Shown here in pieces: positions 17,032 to 24,943 of a stretch of DNA of 36,405 bases (its first letter is position 1; each line of letters starts with the position of its first letter). The DNA comes from a virus. The DNA is taken from the UHGV virus genome UHGV-0210252; one strand, written 5' to 3'. Below the pieces are notes generated by a model, which was not told where the DNA came from, did no database searches, and was given only the letters and a program-made list of their open reading frames with translations. Both the position numbers and the translations under genes were made by a program.

Positions 17032-18206
17032 TTAGTTGTTGGACTCAGCCAGTTTAGCGGCCCTGTTCGCAGCACGAGTACGCGCAGCTTTCTGTTGAGG
17101 AGTTAGAGTCTCCTCTTCAGGTGCAGCCGCTACTGTAGCGACGTTAGGTTGGCTAAAGGTGCTTACGCCGCTGGGCTGAAAACCAGTGCGCCAGCCGCTT
17201 CAGGGCGCAGACCGCCGTGACCCATAGCGTACTTACCAACAATCAGGTCGCCCTGAGCATCGACGTCACGGTCACGTTCCAACGCCAAGTCACGCAGCTT
17301 AACGGTACCCACAGCAGAACGGTGAGAGAACAGACCAACAACGTTATCCAGAGCAACTTTAACGTCACCAGCAGCAGTAGCTGGGAATGCGTGCTTCTGA
17401 CCAGTCGCAATAGTGATACCATCATCACCACGAGTTTCACCAGCACCACCCTGAGTCAAGTGTGGAACCTCAACAACCACGAAGCCCATTACGTTACGGA
17501 TGTTACCAGTCTCTGGGTCAATCAGCGCAGCATAGTTAGCAGCGTTCGGCATCAGAGCAGCGAGGATTGCAGAGTAGTTGTCCGGCGTCGTGTAGAAGTA
17601 ACGGTCGCCAGCAGGAACGTAGTTGGAGGTCAGCTTCGCACGAGCAATGGTCAGTTGACCAATGATTGCTTCACCCAGTTTAGCCGGGGTGTCGAGGTCA
17701 GCTTTCTTGCCTACTTCAAGTACGGACGCAGTGCCCAGGCCAGCAATATTCTCGTTGGATGCAGCCGGGAGGTTACACAGGATAGCCATTTCAGCCAGAA
17801 CCGCGCCATCAGCAGCGATAGCCAGAGCTTCACCCAACTGGTTGGAGTACTCGCCGGCAACGTCATAGTGGTTCATCGCGTCTTCAATGTCGAAAATCAT
17901 CACATCGGCAGTCAGCAGACCATCAATGGTAATCACTTTCTCGGTATGTTTGATACCTTTACGCTTATCGGACAGTCGCTCACCAGGAGCCAGATACACA
18001 CCAGATGTGCGACCCATGACCGGGAACTGAGCAGACTTACCATTCTGAATGGTACGTACAATATGCTTGTCAGCCGTTACGGAGCGGCGAGTGAATGCGG
18101 TCAGGACTTCACCAGCAAATACCTTCAGGAACAACGCCAGAGCGTCGGAACTTGATTTGCCTTTACCTTGGTCTGTACCAATTTTCTGACCCGGAACGTT
18201 TGCCAT
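17032..18206 (-). CDS. Minor capsid protein gp10B, predicted by -1 ribosomal frameshift near the end of gene 10A
   Basis: -1 frame after the shift site is open for 48 codons (QPSGVSTFSQPNVATVAAAPEEETLTPQQKAARTRAANRAAKLAESNN) to TAA at 17032-17034 and resembles the T7 gp10B tail. Confidence 0.65.
17163..18206 (-). CDS. Major capsid protein (T7 gp10A)
   Basis: 347 aa; strong similarity to T7 gp10A (LALFLKVF.GEVLTAF, KHTEKVITIDGLLTADV, AMGHGGLRPEAAGA). Confidence 0.95.
   Translation of the reverse strand: MANVPGQKIGTDQGKGKSSSDALALFLKVFAGEVLTAFTRRSVTADKHIVRTIQNGKSAQFPVMGRTSGVYLAPGERLSDKRKGIKHTEKVITIDGLLTADVMIFDIEDAMNHYDVAGEYSNQLGEALAIAADGAVLAEMAILCNLPAASNENIAGLGTASVLEVGKKADLDTPAKLGEAIIGQLTIARAKLTSNYVPAGDRYFYTTPDNYSAILAALMPNAANYAALIDPETGNIRNVMGFVVVEVPHLTQGGAGETRGDDGITIATGQKHAFPATAAGDVKVALDNVVGLFSHRSAVGTVKLRDLALERDRDVDAQGDLIVGKYAMGHGGLRPEAAGALVFSPAA
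17178..17184 (-). other. Candidate -1 frameshift site G GUU UUC
   Basis: Heptamer read from minus strand, in frame as CUG GUU UUC, 5 codons before the 10A stop; matches my recollection of the T7 gene 10 shift site. Confidence 0.6.
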
Positions 18207-18309
18207 ATGATAATTCTCCTATTCAATTGAAAGATAAAGTTTATTACTTACTGTACGCCCAACCCGTATGGACTGAAGTAATAGGGAAACCTTGAGTCTA
18301 TCTCTATTT

Positions 18310-18332
18310 GTCTCCCTATAGTGATAGTTTAG
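18310..18332 (-). promoter_or_regulatory. Phage RNAP promoter (phi10-like), TSS about 18315
   Basis: cctatagtgatagtt at 18315-18329; minus-strand leader GGGAGAC...GGTTTCCC...AGGAGA...CATATG resembles the T7 gene 10 leader. Confidence 0.85.
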
Positions 18333-18336
18333 TCAA

Positions 18337-19221
18337 CTACAGGCTTGATGCAGCTACCTTAGCGCGAACTTCCATCGTGTACTTAGCGTCACGCAGGTAT
18401 CGCGGGTCACTCATAGCCTTAATCATGTCAGCCTTGGAGCTGAATGCTTCTGTCTTAGGAGCCTTAGGTGATACCACAGGTTTAGCCTGAGTGGTGATGG
18501 TACGCTGAGGTTTAACGCCTACAGCTTTACCCAGAGTCTTGCCAGCCAGATTCAGCAGAGCTTTGGTAGTCGCAATGTCCTTACGAACTATGGCAGCTTC
18601 CAGCGCTTCACGAGTTGACGGGTCGTTGGACTCAAGGTGTGACAGGATGCGATTAAACTGTTCAGCACCACCAGCGTAGCGAACCACACCAGCAGCATAC
18701 TGTTCAGCCAGAGCTTCCTGACCACGTACAAACGAATCTACGAAACGTTTGGTGTAACCTGCTTCCTGCAACTTAGCGTAGGATGCGTCAGACAGCTTAC
18801 CGTCCTTGGCGTATTCAGCCTTGATAGCGGTAATTTCATCAGCAGTGACCTTGCCAGCTTCTACAGCAGAAGACACCATGTCGTCGAATGCAGCTTCGTT
18901 TTCATCCAGAGCGGTGACACTTTCAGTCAGCTCTTTCGGTGCATCACCTAGTTCGATGAACTCAGGTTGCTCACCATCTGTCTCAGACTCTTCGCCATCG
19001 GACTCGTGGTCTTCTTCACCTTCAGTCTCTTCGACGTTCTCGTCTTCTTCGGTCGCCTCTTCGTTTTCGGCTTCCAGTTGCTTGAAGGTAATAGCGTCAT
19101 CGCCATCACGAACAGCTACGTCCTGTTCAAGCATAGACTTCTGGTGTTCGTTCAGGTCCTCAACGGAACCAGTGATTGCATTAGAGCTAACGCCAAACTC
19201 GGCATAAACTGATTGAGACAT
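18337..19221 (-). CDS. Capsid assembly (scaffolding) protein (T7 gp9)
   Basis: Start set at MSQSVYAEFGV (AAGGAG upstream), matching T7 gp9 N-terminus MAESNADVYASFGV; acidic central region; track's upstream Met at 19296 rejected. Confidence 0.85.
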   Translation of the reverse strand: MSQSVYAEFGVSSNAITGSVEDLNEHQKSMLEQDVAVRDGDDAITFKQLEAENEEATEEDENVEETEGEEDHESDGEESETDGEQPEFIELGDAPKELTESVTALDENEAAFDDMVSSAVEAGKVTADEITAIKAEYAKDGKLSDASYAKLQEAGYTKRFVDSFVRGQEALAEQYAAGVVRYAGGAEQFNRILSHLESNDPSTREALEAAIVRKDIATTKALLNLAGKTLGKAVGVKPQRTITTQAKPVVSPKAPKTEAFSSKADMIKAMSDPRYLRDAKYTMEVRAKVAASSL

Positions 19222-19310
19222 TGAGTCATTCTCCTTTAAGTCGTTAATAGGAAACACAACAACCTGCCATCCCGTTACGGCTGGCCATGCGTTCACTCAC
19301 TCAAGTTGTG

Positions 19311-19333
19311 TTGTTCCTATAGTGATAGTTTAG
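19311..19333 (-). promoter_or_regulatory. Phage RNAP promoter (phi9-like), TSS about 19316
   Basis: cctatagtgatagtt at 19316-19330. Confidence 0.8.
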
Positions 19334-20898
19334 GCTTGAGCCATGTCCTCACCAGCTCCCTGACCTACAGCAGCACCCATGTTAGCACCAGCAGCACTAG
19401 CACCTTGGACAACTGCCTGTTGAGACGACTGCTCAGCCATGCGCTGAATCTTCTCGTCTTGCGTCAGGAGTAGACCAGCGGTGTCGATACCCAGAGCGTT
19501 CAGGAGTCGCAGCTTAAGGGTCGGCAAGTTGATGTCCGGGTCCTGAGATAGCGGCTGAAGACCAGTCATCATGTTAACAGCCTGAGTTAGCTTCTCCAAG
19601 TCCTGACCACGACCTAACGCTTCTAGACCAGTGGATACCGTAGGCTCTACCGCTTCTTTCGGAAGGTCTGGAATCATGCCAGCAGACTGAAGCTGGTTCA
19701 TCAGCACACGGACTATAGGTAACTGAAGCTCTTGTGACTGTACCGAGTACACTCCACCTAAGGTCGCCTCCAGTTCTCCAGCAACATAACGAATCTCTTC
19801 AGCAGTGACTCGCTCGGCATTACGCTGAACAGCACTATTGAGAAGGAAGGCCCAGCCTAAACGTTGCTCGATAGCGTCAGCCACCGACTTGGCAATCGTA
19901 AAGTCCTGACCTTTCGTCAGTTGCAGGAAGTTGATGTCCTCGACGCGACCAGCCACGAACTCACCTGTAGCCGCCGTGTTCAGACGACGAGGTTGCGTGA
20001 TACCATTCGGGTTAACGAGGCCCACCACCTTGGAGGCTACCTTAGCCATTTTGGTGATAGCTTCTGTAATCGTCTCCAGCGAGTTCAGGTCCCCAAGATA
20101 CTCCTCGCAATAAGAACGACCATAGTCTTCACCGTCCAGTCGAACCATTCGTACCGGGATGTATGGACATGCAGTCAGTGGGTAGGAACCCTCGGTCCCT
20201 GCTACCTCAATGCCTTCCACTTCTTCATAGCGCAAATACTCGTCGTCCTGACGGTAGATGTGCGTATATACTTCCAGCTCTGTGTCAGGATCATAGTCGT
20301 CTGCGTTGAGTTGTGACTTCACGTCTTCCGGTAGAGCACTAAACGCTACCTTGTCGAGAGTCACAATCTGCAAGATGTTACCGAACGCATCACGTTGAAC
20401 AACGTAAGACACTAAGCGGTACATTCTCATGGGACTGTAGGTCCCCTGTTCAGGCTCTGGAATGTAGAGCAGACAGTTACCGGAGACGATAAGCTGCTTA
20501 AGAGCCTCAAACAATGGGACACGGAAACTGTTAGTCTCCATGTAGGCCATCAACACACGCTCGACCATAGCCAGCCCTTCGTCAACACGAGCAGCCGCCT
20601 CTGAGTCCTGACTCAAGGTCTTAGCCTCATATTCGGAGACTGTTAGTCGCATCCACGGTGATTGAGGGAATAGCGCCAACATCAGCTTTGCAGCCAAGTT
20701 GTTCAAGCAGCGAGCACCTACAGCTTGCCACGGAGTGGTGTACTCAGTAGATGAGTTGTCGGACTCCTTAGGAAACAGTGACGGGATAGTGACAGCAGCA
20801 CAGTTCTGAGCGCGTGTCTCATATGGCTGTCTACCGTTCTTCAGTCTATCATAAACTGCCTTCGCGCCTTCAGCAGCAAATCCTTCACGTTCAGCCAT
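19330..20898 (-). CDS. Head-to-tail connector / portal protein (T7 gp8)
   Basis: 522 aa; strong similarity to T7 gp8 (YETRAQNCA, TPWQAVGAR, YRLVSYVVQRDAFGN, RVTAEEIRYVA). Confidence 0.95.
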   Translation of the reverse strand: MAEREGFAAEGAKAVYDRLKNGRQPYETRAQNCAAVTIPSLFPKESDNSSTEYTTPWQAVGARCLNNLAAKLMLALFPQSPWMRLTVSEYEAKTLSQDSEAAARVDEGLAMVERVLMAYMETNSFRVPLFEALKQLIVSGNCLLYIPEPEQGTYSPMRMYRLVSYVVQRDAFGNILQIVTLDKVAFSALPEDVKSQLNADDYDPDTELEVYTHIYRQDDEYLRYEEVEGIEVAGTEGSYPLTACPYIPVRMVRLDGEDYGRSYCEEYLGDLNSLETITEAITKMAKVASKVVGLVNPNGITQPRRLNTAATGEFVAGRVEDINFLQLTKGQDFTIAKSVADAIEQRLGWAFLLNSAVQRNAERVTAEEIRYVAGELEATLGGVYSVQSQELQLPIVRVLMNQLQSAGMIPDLPKEAVEPTVSTGLEALGRGQDLEKLTQAVNMMTGLQPLSQDPDINLPTLKLRLLNALGIDTAGLLLTQDEKIQRMAEQSSQQAVVQGASAAGANMGAAVGQGAGEDMAQA

Positions 20899-21301
20899 CT
20901 ACGTGCCTCCATGTTTTACCTGTTAATACGTCAGACAGCGTTCTCCTAGCTACTCCCGGATATGCAGAGGTAAGCTCTGTCGCTGTTAGCCCTGACTTTC
21001 GTATGGACTTAACATCTTCGGCTGTTAGCTTTGAGTTGTAATGGCTGTCACTATGTGGAGCGTTCTTTCTACCTTTTGAAACACAGTCTACCATGTTATC
21101 GCTATAAGTACCAACGCTCAGGTGTTCTGGATTGACGCATAGTCTATTGTCGCAGGAATGCATCACCACTAGACCTTCCGGTATGGGACCTTTGTGTTTT
21201 AGGTAGGACACTACATGCGCTCCCCGCAGCTTACCTGCATACCACTTCAGGCCATATCCAGCATTATTTACGCAGCCCTTATGCAGTATGCAGTCTGTCA
21301 T
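20891..21301 (-). CDS. Free-standing HNH homing endonuclease (gene 7.7 position)
   Basis: 136 aa with HSCDNRLCVNPEHL HNH motif; lies between genes 7.3 and 8. Confidence 0.8.
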   Translation of the reverse strand: MTDCILHKGCVNNAGYGLKWYAGKLRGAHVVSYLKHKGPIPEGLVVMHSCDNRLCVNPEHLSVGTYSDNMVDCVSKGRKNAPHSDSHYNSKLTAEDVKSIRKSGLTATELTSAYPGVARRTLSDVLTGKTWRHVDG

Positions 21302-21546
21302 ATAGAAATACCGCCACCAGAGGTACGAGAGACCTGAAGGCTACGCTTACCAGAACGCTTCACTTTCTTCTCATCAGATGCGGTTGTTTCAGTATCCACA
21401 TCCTCCACTTTGTCGTTCGGTACTTCCACTGGCGCTGCTGGGGTCTGAGCCTCAACAACCTTAGGCGCGTCATTAGAGCCAAGACCGACGGTCCCTAAAG
21501 CACCTTTTACTACTTTACTGAAGGCCTTACTGATTGATTTACCCAC
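21298..21546 (-). CDS. Tail assembly / host-range protein (T7 gp7.3)
   Basis: 82 aa, basic N-terminus, C-terminal ...SGKRSLQVSRTSGGGISI resembling T7 gp7.3. Confidence 0.8.
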   Translation of the reverse strand: MGKSISKAFSKVVKGALGTVGLGSNDAPKVVEAQTPAAPVEVPNDKVEDVDTETTASDEKKVKRSGKRSLQVSRTSGGGISI

Positions 21547-21943
21547 GATTAATCTCCTTAGTTGTTACGATGTCTACCGACCCAGAAACATGCTTGACAC
21601 GAGAATACCAGCCAAGACCCCAACGCTTGCACTCTTCGTCTATGATGTGCCTGACAGTCTCAAGAACCTTTCGGGAGGACTGCGAGTCACGACGAATAGC
21701 GACGATTGAAAGGTCAAGACCTGGAGTCGGTCGGTGCCAAGATGCGGTAGCCAGCATGTAGAGATACGCTACTGGTTGACCTGAGACATCGTAGATTGTG
21801 TATTCTTCACCATCGAACTCGTCAGCCATACGGTAAGTATGAGCCTTGAAGTCTGCGAATGACTTGAAGTTAGACTGCCCGTCTTCCCAGAGGCGACAAG
21901 CGCACATGTGGCGACCTTCGCGTGAGTTGAGATATGGTAGCAT
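21539..21943 (-). CDS. gp7-position protein (134 aa)
   Basis: Synteny only (between 6.7 and 7.3). Confidence 0.5.
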   Translation of the reverse strand: MLPYLNSREGRHMCACRLWEDGQSNFKSFADFKAHTYRMADEFDGEEYTIYDVSGQPVAYLYMLATASWHRPTPGLDLSIVAIRRDSQSSRKVLETVRHIIDEECKRWGLGWYSRVKHVSGSVDIVTTKEINRG

Positions 21944-21947
21944 TGTC

Positions 21948-22172
21948 TTACCCCATGTTGACGCCAGAGTTACGCATAGCGCGACTTACTGACGATTTAT
22001 CTTTAGGTGCAGACTCCTTCTTGACCTTCAGGTCTTTGATACCTTTGGTCTCGTTGGTGTCCACATCCGATTCAGCCCCTATGTCCACTGACGCAACTTC
22101 CTCACTCAGAGGTGCTGGCTCAGGTGCTTGGACCGAAGGCTTCGGAGTGCTAATCTTTGGACTGAAACACAT
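21948..22172 (-). CDS. Virion protein gp6.7
   Basis: 74 aa; MCFSPKISTPKP...APEPAPLSEEV resembles T7 gp6.7. Confidence 0.8.
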   Translation of the reverse strand: MCFSPKISTPKPSVQAPEPAPLSEEVASVDIGAESDVDTNETKGIKDLKVKKESAPKDKSSVSRAMRNSGVNMG

Positions 22173-22186
22173 AGTCCCTCCTACAG

Positions 22187-22459
22187 TTAATCGAACTGAA
22201 CGGTATCTTTCAGCTCACGACGCATAGCAATCGCAGAGTCGAGAGTGTCAGAACAATACTGGAGACCCTTGATGAACCCGGCAATGAACGCATCGCTATA
22301 ACCTTGCTGCTTGAGGAGACTGATAGCTCCCATCTTCTCAGCGTAGCTTGCGTTAAACAGTACGTGCAGGAACTGGATGGCAGACTGGGAGATGTTCGGG
22401 ACATCAAGTCTTTCTTCCTGTAACTGCTTAACAACGTTTTCAATAGCATTAATCGCCAT
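22187..22459 (-). CDS. gp6.5
   Basis: 90 aa; position after phi6.5-like promoter and size match T7 gp6.5. Confidence 0.7.
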   Translation of the reverse strand: MAINAIENVVKQLQEERLDVPNISQSAIQFLHVLFNASYAEKMGAISLLKQQGYSDAFIAGFIKGLQYCSDTLDSAIAMRRELKDTVQFD

Positions 22460-22519
22460 CTTGAATCTCCTCTTTAAGTTAAGACTAAAGTCTATCTTAT
22501 AGTCATATCTTAGGTCCTA

Positions 22520-22542
22520 AAGTCCCTATAGTGATAGTTTAG
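22520..22542 (-). promoter_or_regulatory. Phage RNAP promoter (phi6.5-like), TSS about 22525
   Basis: cctatagtgatagtt at 22525-22539. Confidence 0.8.
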
Positions 22543-22595
22543 TGTTTCACCTATGGATGACTGTTGGATTGATAGGATATGACTATCGGTTAGAC

Positions 22596-22688
22596 TCAGT
22601 GTTTAGGACGGTTGTTCGACCCGAACCACTTGTACATGCAGTAAAGGGCCAGAAGTCCGGCCCAGTAAATTACATGGATGGTGTCCAC
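22596..22688 (-). CDS. Possible gp6.3-like hydrophobic peptide (30 aa, GTG start)
   Basis: Hand-translated: AAGGAGG then GTG at 22688, product (M)DTIHVIYWAGLLALYCMYKWFGSNNRPKH, stop TGA 22596-22598; overlaps gene 6 end. Confidence 0.3.
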   Translation of the reverse strand: MDTIHVIYWAGLLALYCMYKWFGSNNRPKH

Positions 22689-23590
22689 AGGATGACCTCC
22701 TTGGACTTAGGGTCATAGTCAGAGGCTCGACAAATACGAGCGACCTGAGCTTGGACCAGAAGTTCCTCCTCGGTCATCCCAGCTTTAGCAGCCAGAGTCA
22801 CCATGCAGTCCCACAGCGTCATGTCTTCACGCTTTGGATACTTCTTCCACTCAGTCTTAATCTGGCCTTTGTTCTTGCCAGTCTTAAGCTCACGGCTCTC
22901 CTGCACGAAGTAGTACGGCTCGTCAAGGAACGCACGAGTGGTGTCCTCACCCATCCCCGGAATCCCGCCGTAGCCATCTGTAGTGTCACCCTTGATGGTC
23001 TGCTCCATATGCCAGTAGTCTGCCTCAGCAGTCGTATGACTCAGGATTTCACCAGTGGTTAACCAGAAGAACTCACAGTTCGGGATGGTCTTGAAGTCCT
23101 TGTCGCAGGACACCAGCACCGCATGGTCACATCCGACAATCTGAGGTCTGGTCCCGATGATACCCATACAGTCATCACCCTCAAGCGTAGGACGCAGGAA
23201 GCTGTTGAACCGTGGGTCAGCCATCACTTCGGCTACGAACTTCTTGTACCCTACAGGCTTGCGGGAACCTTTACGGTTGGCCTTATAGGTAGGAAGAACA
23301 TCCTTACGCCAGTTATTATCATCAGTAAAGCACATCACAATCTTAGCGTCTTTCCACGCCTTTCGCTTCTTAACGATTTCAGAGATGGTGTTCTCAAGGA
23401 TACGACGAGCCTTGGCGTGGTCACAAATCAGAGTATAAATATCATCGCCCCAATCTGTCTCATCCTCAGCCGCAGCCATAGATGAGAACACTAGGTAATC
23501 ACCATCAAGAACAAGAGCTATCTTCTTGTCACTCACAGACAGCCTCCGTGTTGGTTCAGGAACTTGGTGCCAGCAGCGGTAATCTCCCAC
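22670..23590 (-). CDS. 5'-3' exonuclease (T7 gp6)
   Basis: 306 aa; similarity to T7 gp6 (CDHAKARRILE, KPVGY, SCDKDFKTIPNCEF, TIKGDTTDGY, TLWDC, AKAGMTEE). Start is GTG at 23590 and overlaps gene 5.7 by 58 nt; start uncertain. Confidence 0.85.
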   Translation of the reverse strand: MGDYRCWHQVPEPTRRLSVSDKKIALVLDGDYLVFSSMAAAEDETDWGDDIYTLICDHAKARRILENTISEIVKKRKAWKDAKIVMCFTDDNNWRKDVLPTYKANRKGSRKPVGYKKFVAEVMADPRFNSFLRPTLEGDDCMGIIGTRPQIVGCDHAVLVSCDKDFKTIPNCEFFWLTTGEILSHTTAEADYWHMEQTIKGDTTDGYGGIPGMGEDTTRAFLDEPYYFVQESRELKTGKNKGQIKTEWKKYPKREDMTLWDCMVTLAAKAGMTEEELLVQAQVARICRASDYDPKSKEVILWTPSM

Positions 23591-23742
23591 GCACCGTTGT
23601 TACGCCCATCCATAGACAGGCAGCTTAGATGTCCACGACTCGCAGCCTCAGCCACAAGTGCAGCGTTGTTTCGCACATAGTTGGACTGGAAGGTCTTCGG
23701 GCAGGACTTAAGGGCCGCTAGGACCCGTAAGTATTCACTCAT
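23533..23742 (-). CDS. gp5.7
   Basis: 69 aa; MSEYLRVLAALKSCPKTFQSNYVRNNAALVAEAASRGH...GAWEITAAGTKFL is near-identical in pattern to T7 gp5.7. Confidence 0.85.
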   Translation of the reverse strand: MSEYLRVLAALKSCPKTFQSNYVRNNAALVAEAASRGHLSCLSMDGRNNGAWEITAAGTKFLNQHGGCL

Positions 23743-24029
23743 CGTTCGAACTCCACCCGGAAGTTACCAAAGCGCGGCTTGTCACCGTAATCGCTCAGGT
23801 CTTCTTTCAGCCTCTCGACGAGACACTTCTTGATGACCAGTTCGACTACGGCTTCCAGACCTTCAGTCAAACCAACCTCTACCATCTTACGCCCAAAACC
23901 AGTGGTCTTCTCTCCGTTGAGGACCTTACGGCTCAGCTCGCAGAGAGTCTTCTTGAAGTTCTCCACGTCTTCAGTTGACAACACAGTACCCAGCGAGAAC
24001 GAAACTCGCATACGTTTGGTCATAGCCAT
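23739..24029 (-). CDS. gp5.5 (T7 H-NS-binding protein family)
   Basis: 96 aa beginning MAMTK, as T7 gp5.5; position matches. Confidence 0.75.
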   Translation of the reverse strand: MAMTKRMRVSFSLGTVLSTEDVENFKKTLCELSRKVLNGEKTTGFGRKMVEVGLTEGLEAVVELVIKKCLVERLKEDLSDYGDKPRFGNFRVEFER

Positions 24030-24190
24030 TAGCTTTCTCCTTCTTCTTCTTCGTTATGTTCTTTCAGAAGTTCACGAACGTCGCGGCTGCATGCGCCATT
24101 GAGGTTTGGACAATAACGAGACTCCTCTTGTCCACACCACCAAGCTGAACGCATAAGGTCTTTTACCTCCTGTTCGGTGTAAGTCTTCAT
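24029..24190 (-). CDS. Small Cys-containing protein (53 aa), hand-translated
   Basis: MKTYTEQEVKDLMRSAWWCGQEESRYCPNLNGACSRDVRELLKEHNEEEEGES; stop TAA overlaps gp5.5 ATG (TAATG), start ATG overlaps stop of polymerase exon 2 (TGATG). Confidence 0.4.
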   Translation of the reverse strand: MKTYTEQEVKDLMRSAWWCGQEESRYCPNLNGACSRDVRELLKEHNEEEEGES

Positions 24191-24345
24191 CAATGACACT
24201 CCTTCCACGTTGGTCCAATCTTACCTTCGGTATCAAGGACACATTTAAAGTTATAGAACTCACCCACCTTACGCATAGCAAGCTGAGCAATTTCGACTGT
24301 ACGTTCTGCTATTTCTTGAGTACGACAAGCAATCTGTAACTCATC
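24190..24345 (-). CDS. DNA polymerase (gp5) 3' exon, encoding the C-terminal 51 aa
   Basis: Hand-translated DELQIACRTQEIAERTVEIAQLAMRKVGEFYNFKCVLDTEGKIGPTWKECH aligns with T7 gp5 C-terminus DEIQVGCRTEEIAQVVIETAQEAMRWVGDHWNFRCLLDTEGKMGPNWAICH. Confidence 0.75.
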   Translation of the reverse strand, partial: DELQIACRTQEIAERTVEIAQLAMRKVGEFYNFKCVLDTEGKIGPTWKECH

Positions 24346-24943
24346 CTTTCTGTATTCTCCCATTACTGGAAGTGTCGGACTATATCATCAGTCTTTGAGG
24401 TGACTGTCTGGCGCTTCGGGTTACGTGGGAATCTCACCCACGGCCCTACTCCTTTCGGATAGTCTCTACGCCTTCCACTCTCTAATCCACCCACAGGCGG
24501 CTGAGAACGACACATTGAATACTTCGGCTAACTTCGTTCCAGTACACCCAGTCTCTACCCAGTAGTCTCGTGCTTCTAGCTTCCTAGCAGCGTATCGCTC
24601 TTGGTTGGTCTTGACTAAGTGTGAGTCCCGGTCTAATACTTGTAGATGTTCGACGTTGCAACAAGCTCTATTACGACACTTGTGGTCTACTTCGAAACCT
24701 TCAGGTATTGGACCGTTAGCTTTAATCCATACAGTTCTATGATACATCTCAAGGACACCGTTAGTCCTCTTTCGGAAGTATCCATCCTGATTCAATTTAT
24801 GTGACGTAGGGATTATGCAGCCAGTCTCAGTGGCCTCAAGAATTAACTTCTTGCCTCTCATACATCCTCCCTATGGCTTGGCTCGGTATTGTCCCATTAG
24901 GAGTTCACCGAGTTCACCAGATTTAATGTGCACCATGATGTTA
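24346..24943 (-). mobile_element. Putative group I intron (598 nt) in the DNA polymerase gene, carrying an HNH homing-endonuclease ORF
   Basis: Separates WVH from DELQ in the polymerase; candidate P1 (exon GUGCAU with intron GUGCAC, U.G at splice site), terminal G before the 3' exon, R-like GUAGAGACUA and S-like GAUAUAGUCC elements, CGUGGG/CCCACG hairpin between them. Confidence 0.7.
24466..24861 (-). CDS. Intron-encoded HNH homing endonuclease
   Basis: 131 aa with VDHKCRNRACCNVEHL HNH motif; own RBS (AGGGAGGA) and ATG inside the insert. Confidence 0.8.
   Translation of the reverse strand: MRGKKLILEATETGCIIPTSHKLNQDGYFRKRTNGVLEMYHRTVWIKANGPIPEGFEVDHKCRNRACCNVEHLQVLDRDSHLVKTNQERYAARKLEARDYWVETGCTGTKLAEVFNVSFSAACGWIREWKA

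Noticed and set aside
17217-18155. 312-aa plus-strand ORF antisense to the major capsid gene
   Set aside because: Lies entirely antisense to a clearly homologous, highly expressed gene; Ser/Thr/Val-rich low-complexity translation; no promoter or RBS in that orientation. All plus-strand ORFs in the track (e.g. 1546..1968, 2406..2819, 7329..7748, 19864..20316, 34441..34770) are rejected for the same reason, since the genome follows the T7 single-strand organisation.
18280-18300. Partial match (aaccttgagtcta) to the RNase III element in the gene 10 leader
   Set aside because: Only the 3' half of the element is present and there is no partner ATAAAGGCCAC arm; more likely part of the conserved gene 10 leader (GGTTTCCC).
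19222-19296. N-terminal extension of gp9 to the upstream Met at 19296 (and similarly ligase to 33810)
   Set aside because: The internal starts (MSQSVYAEFGV for gp9, MTTTIKTNPHRAV for ligase) align with the T7 N-termini and have proper RBSs; the upstream extensions run into promoter sequence or the preceding gene.
24072-24290. 72-aa minus-strand ORF in the track
   Set aside because: Out of frame with, and fully explained by, the polymerase 3' exon (24190..24345) and the 53-aa coupled ORF (24029..24190), both of which have homology or coupling support.
24346-24943. Intein interpretation of the polymerase interruption
   Set aside because: The insert contains a stop codon immediately after the 5' exon and an independently initiated ORF with its own RBS; the polymerase frame is not continuous through the insert, so splicing would have to be at RNA level, not protein level.
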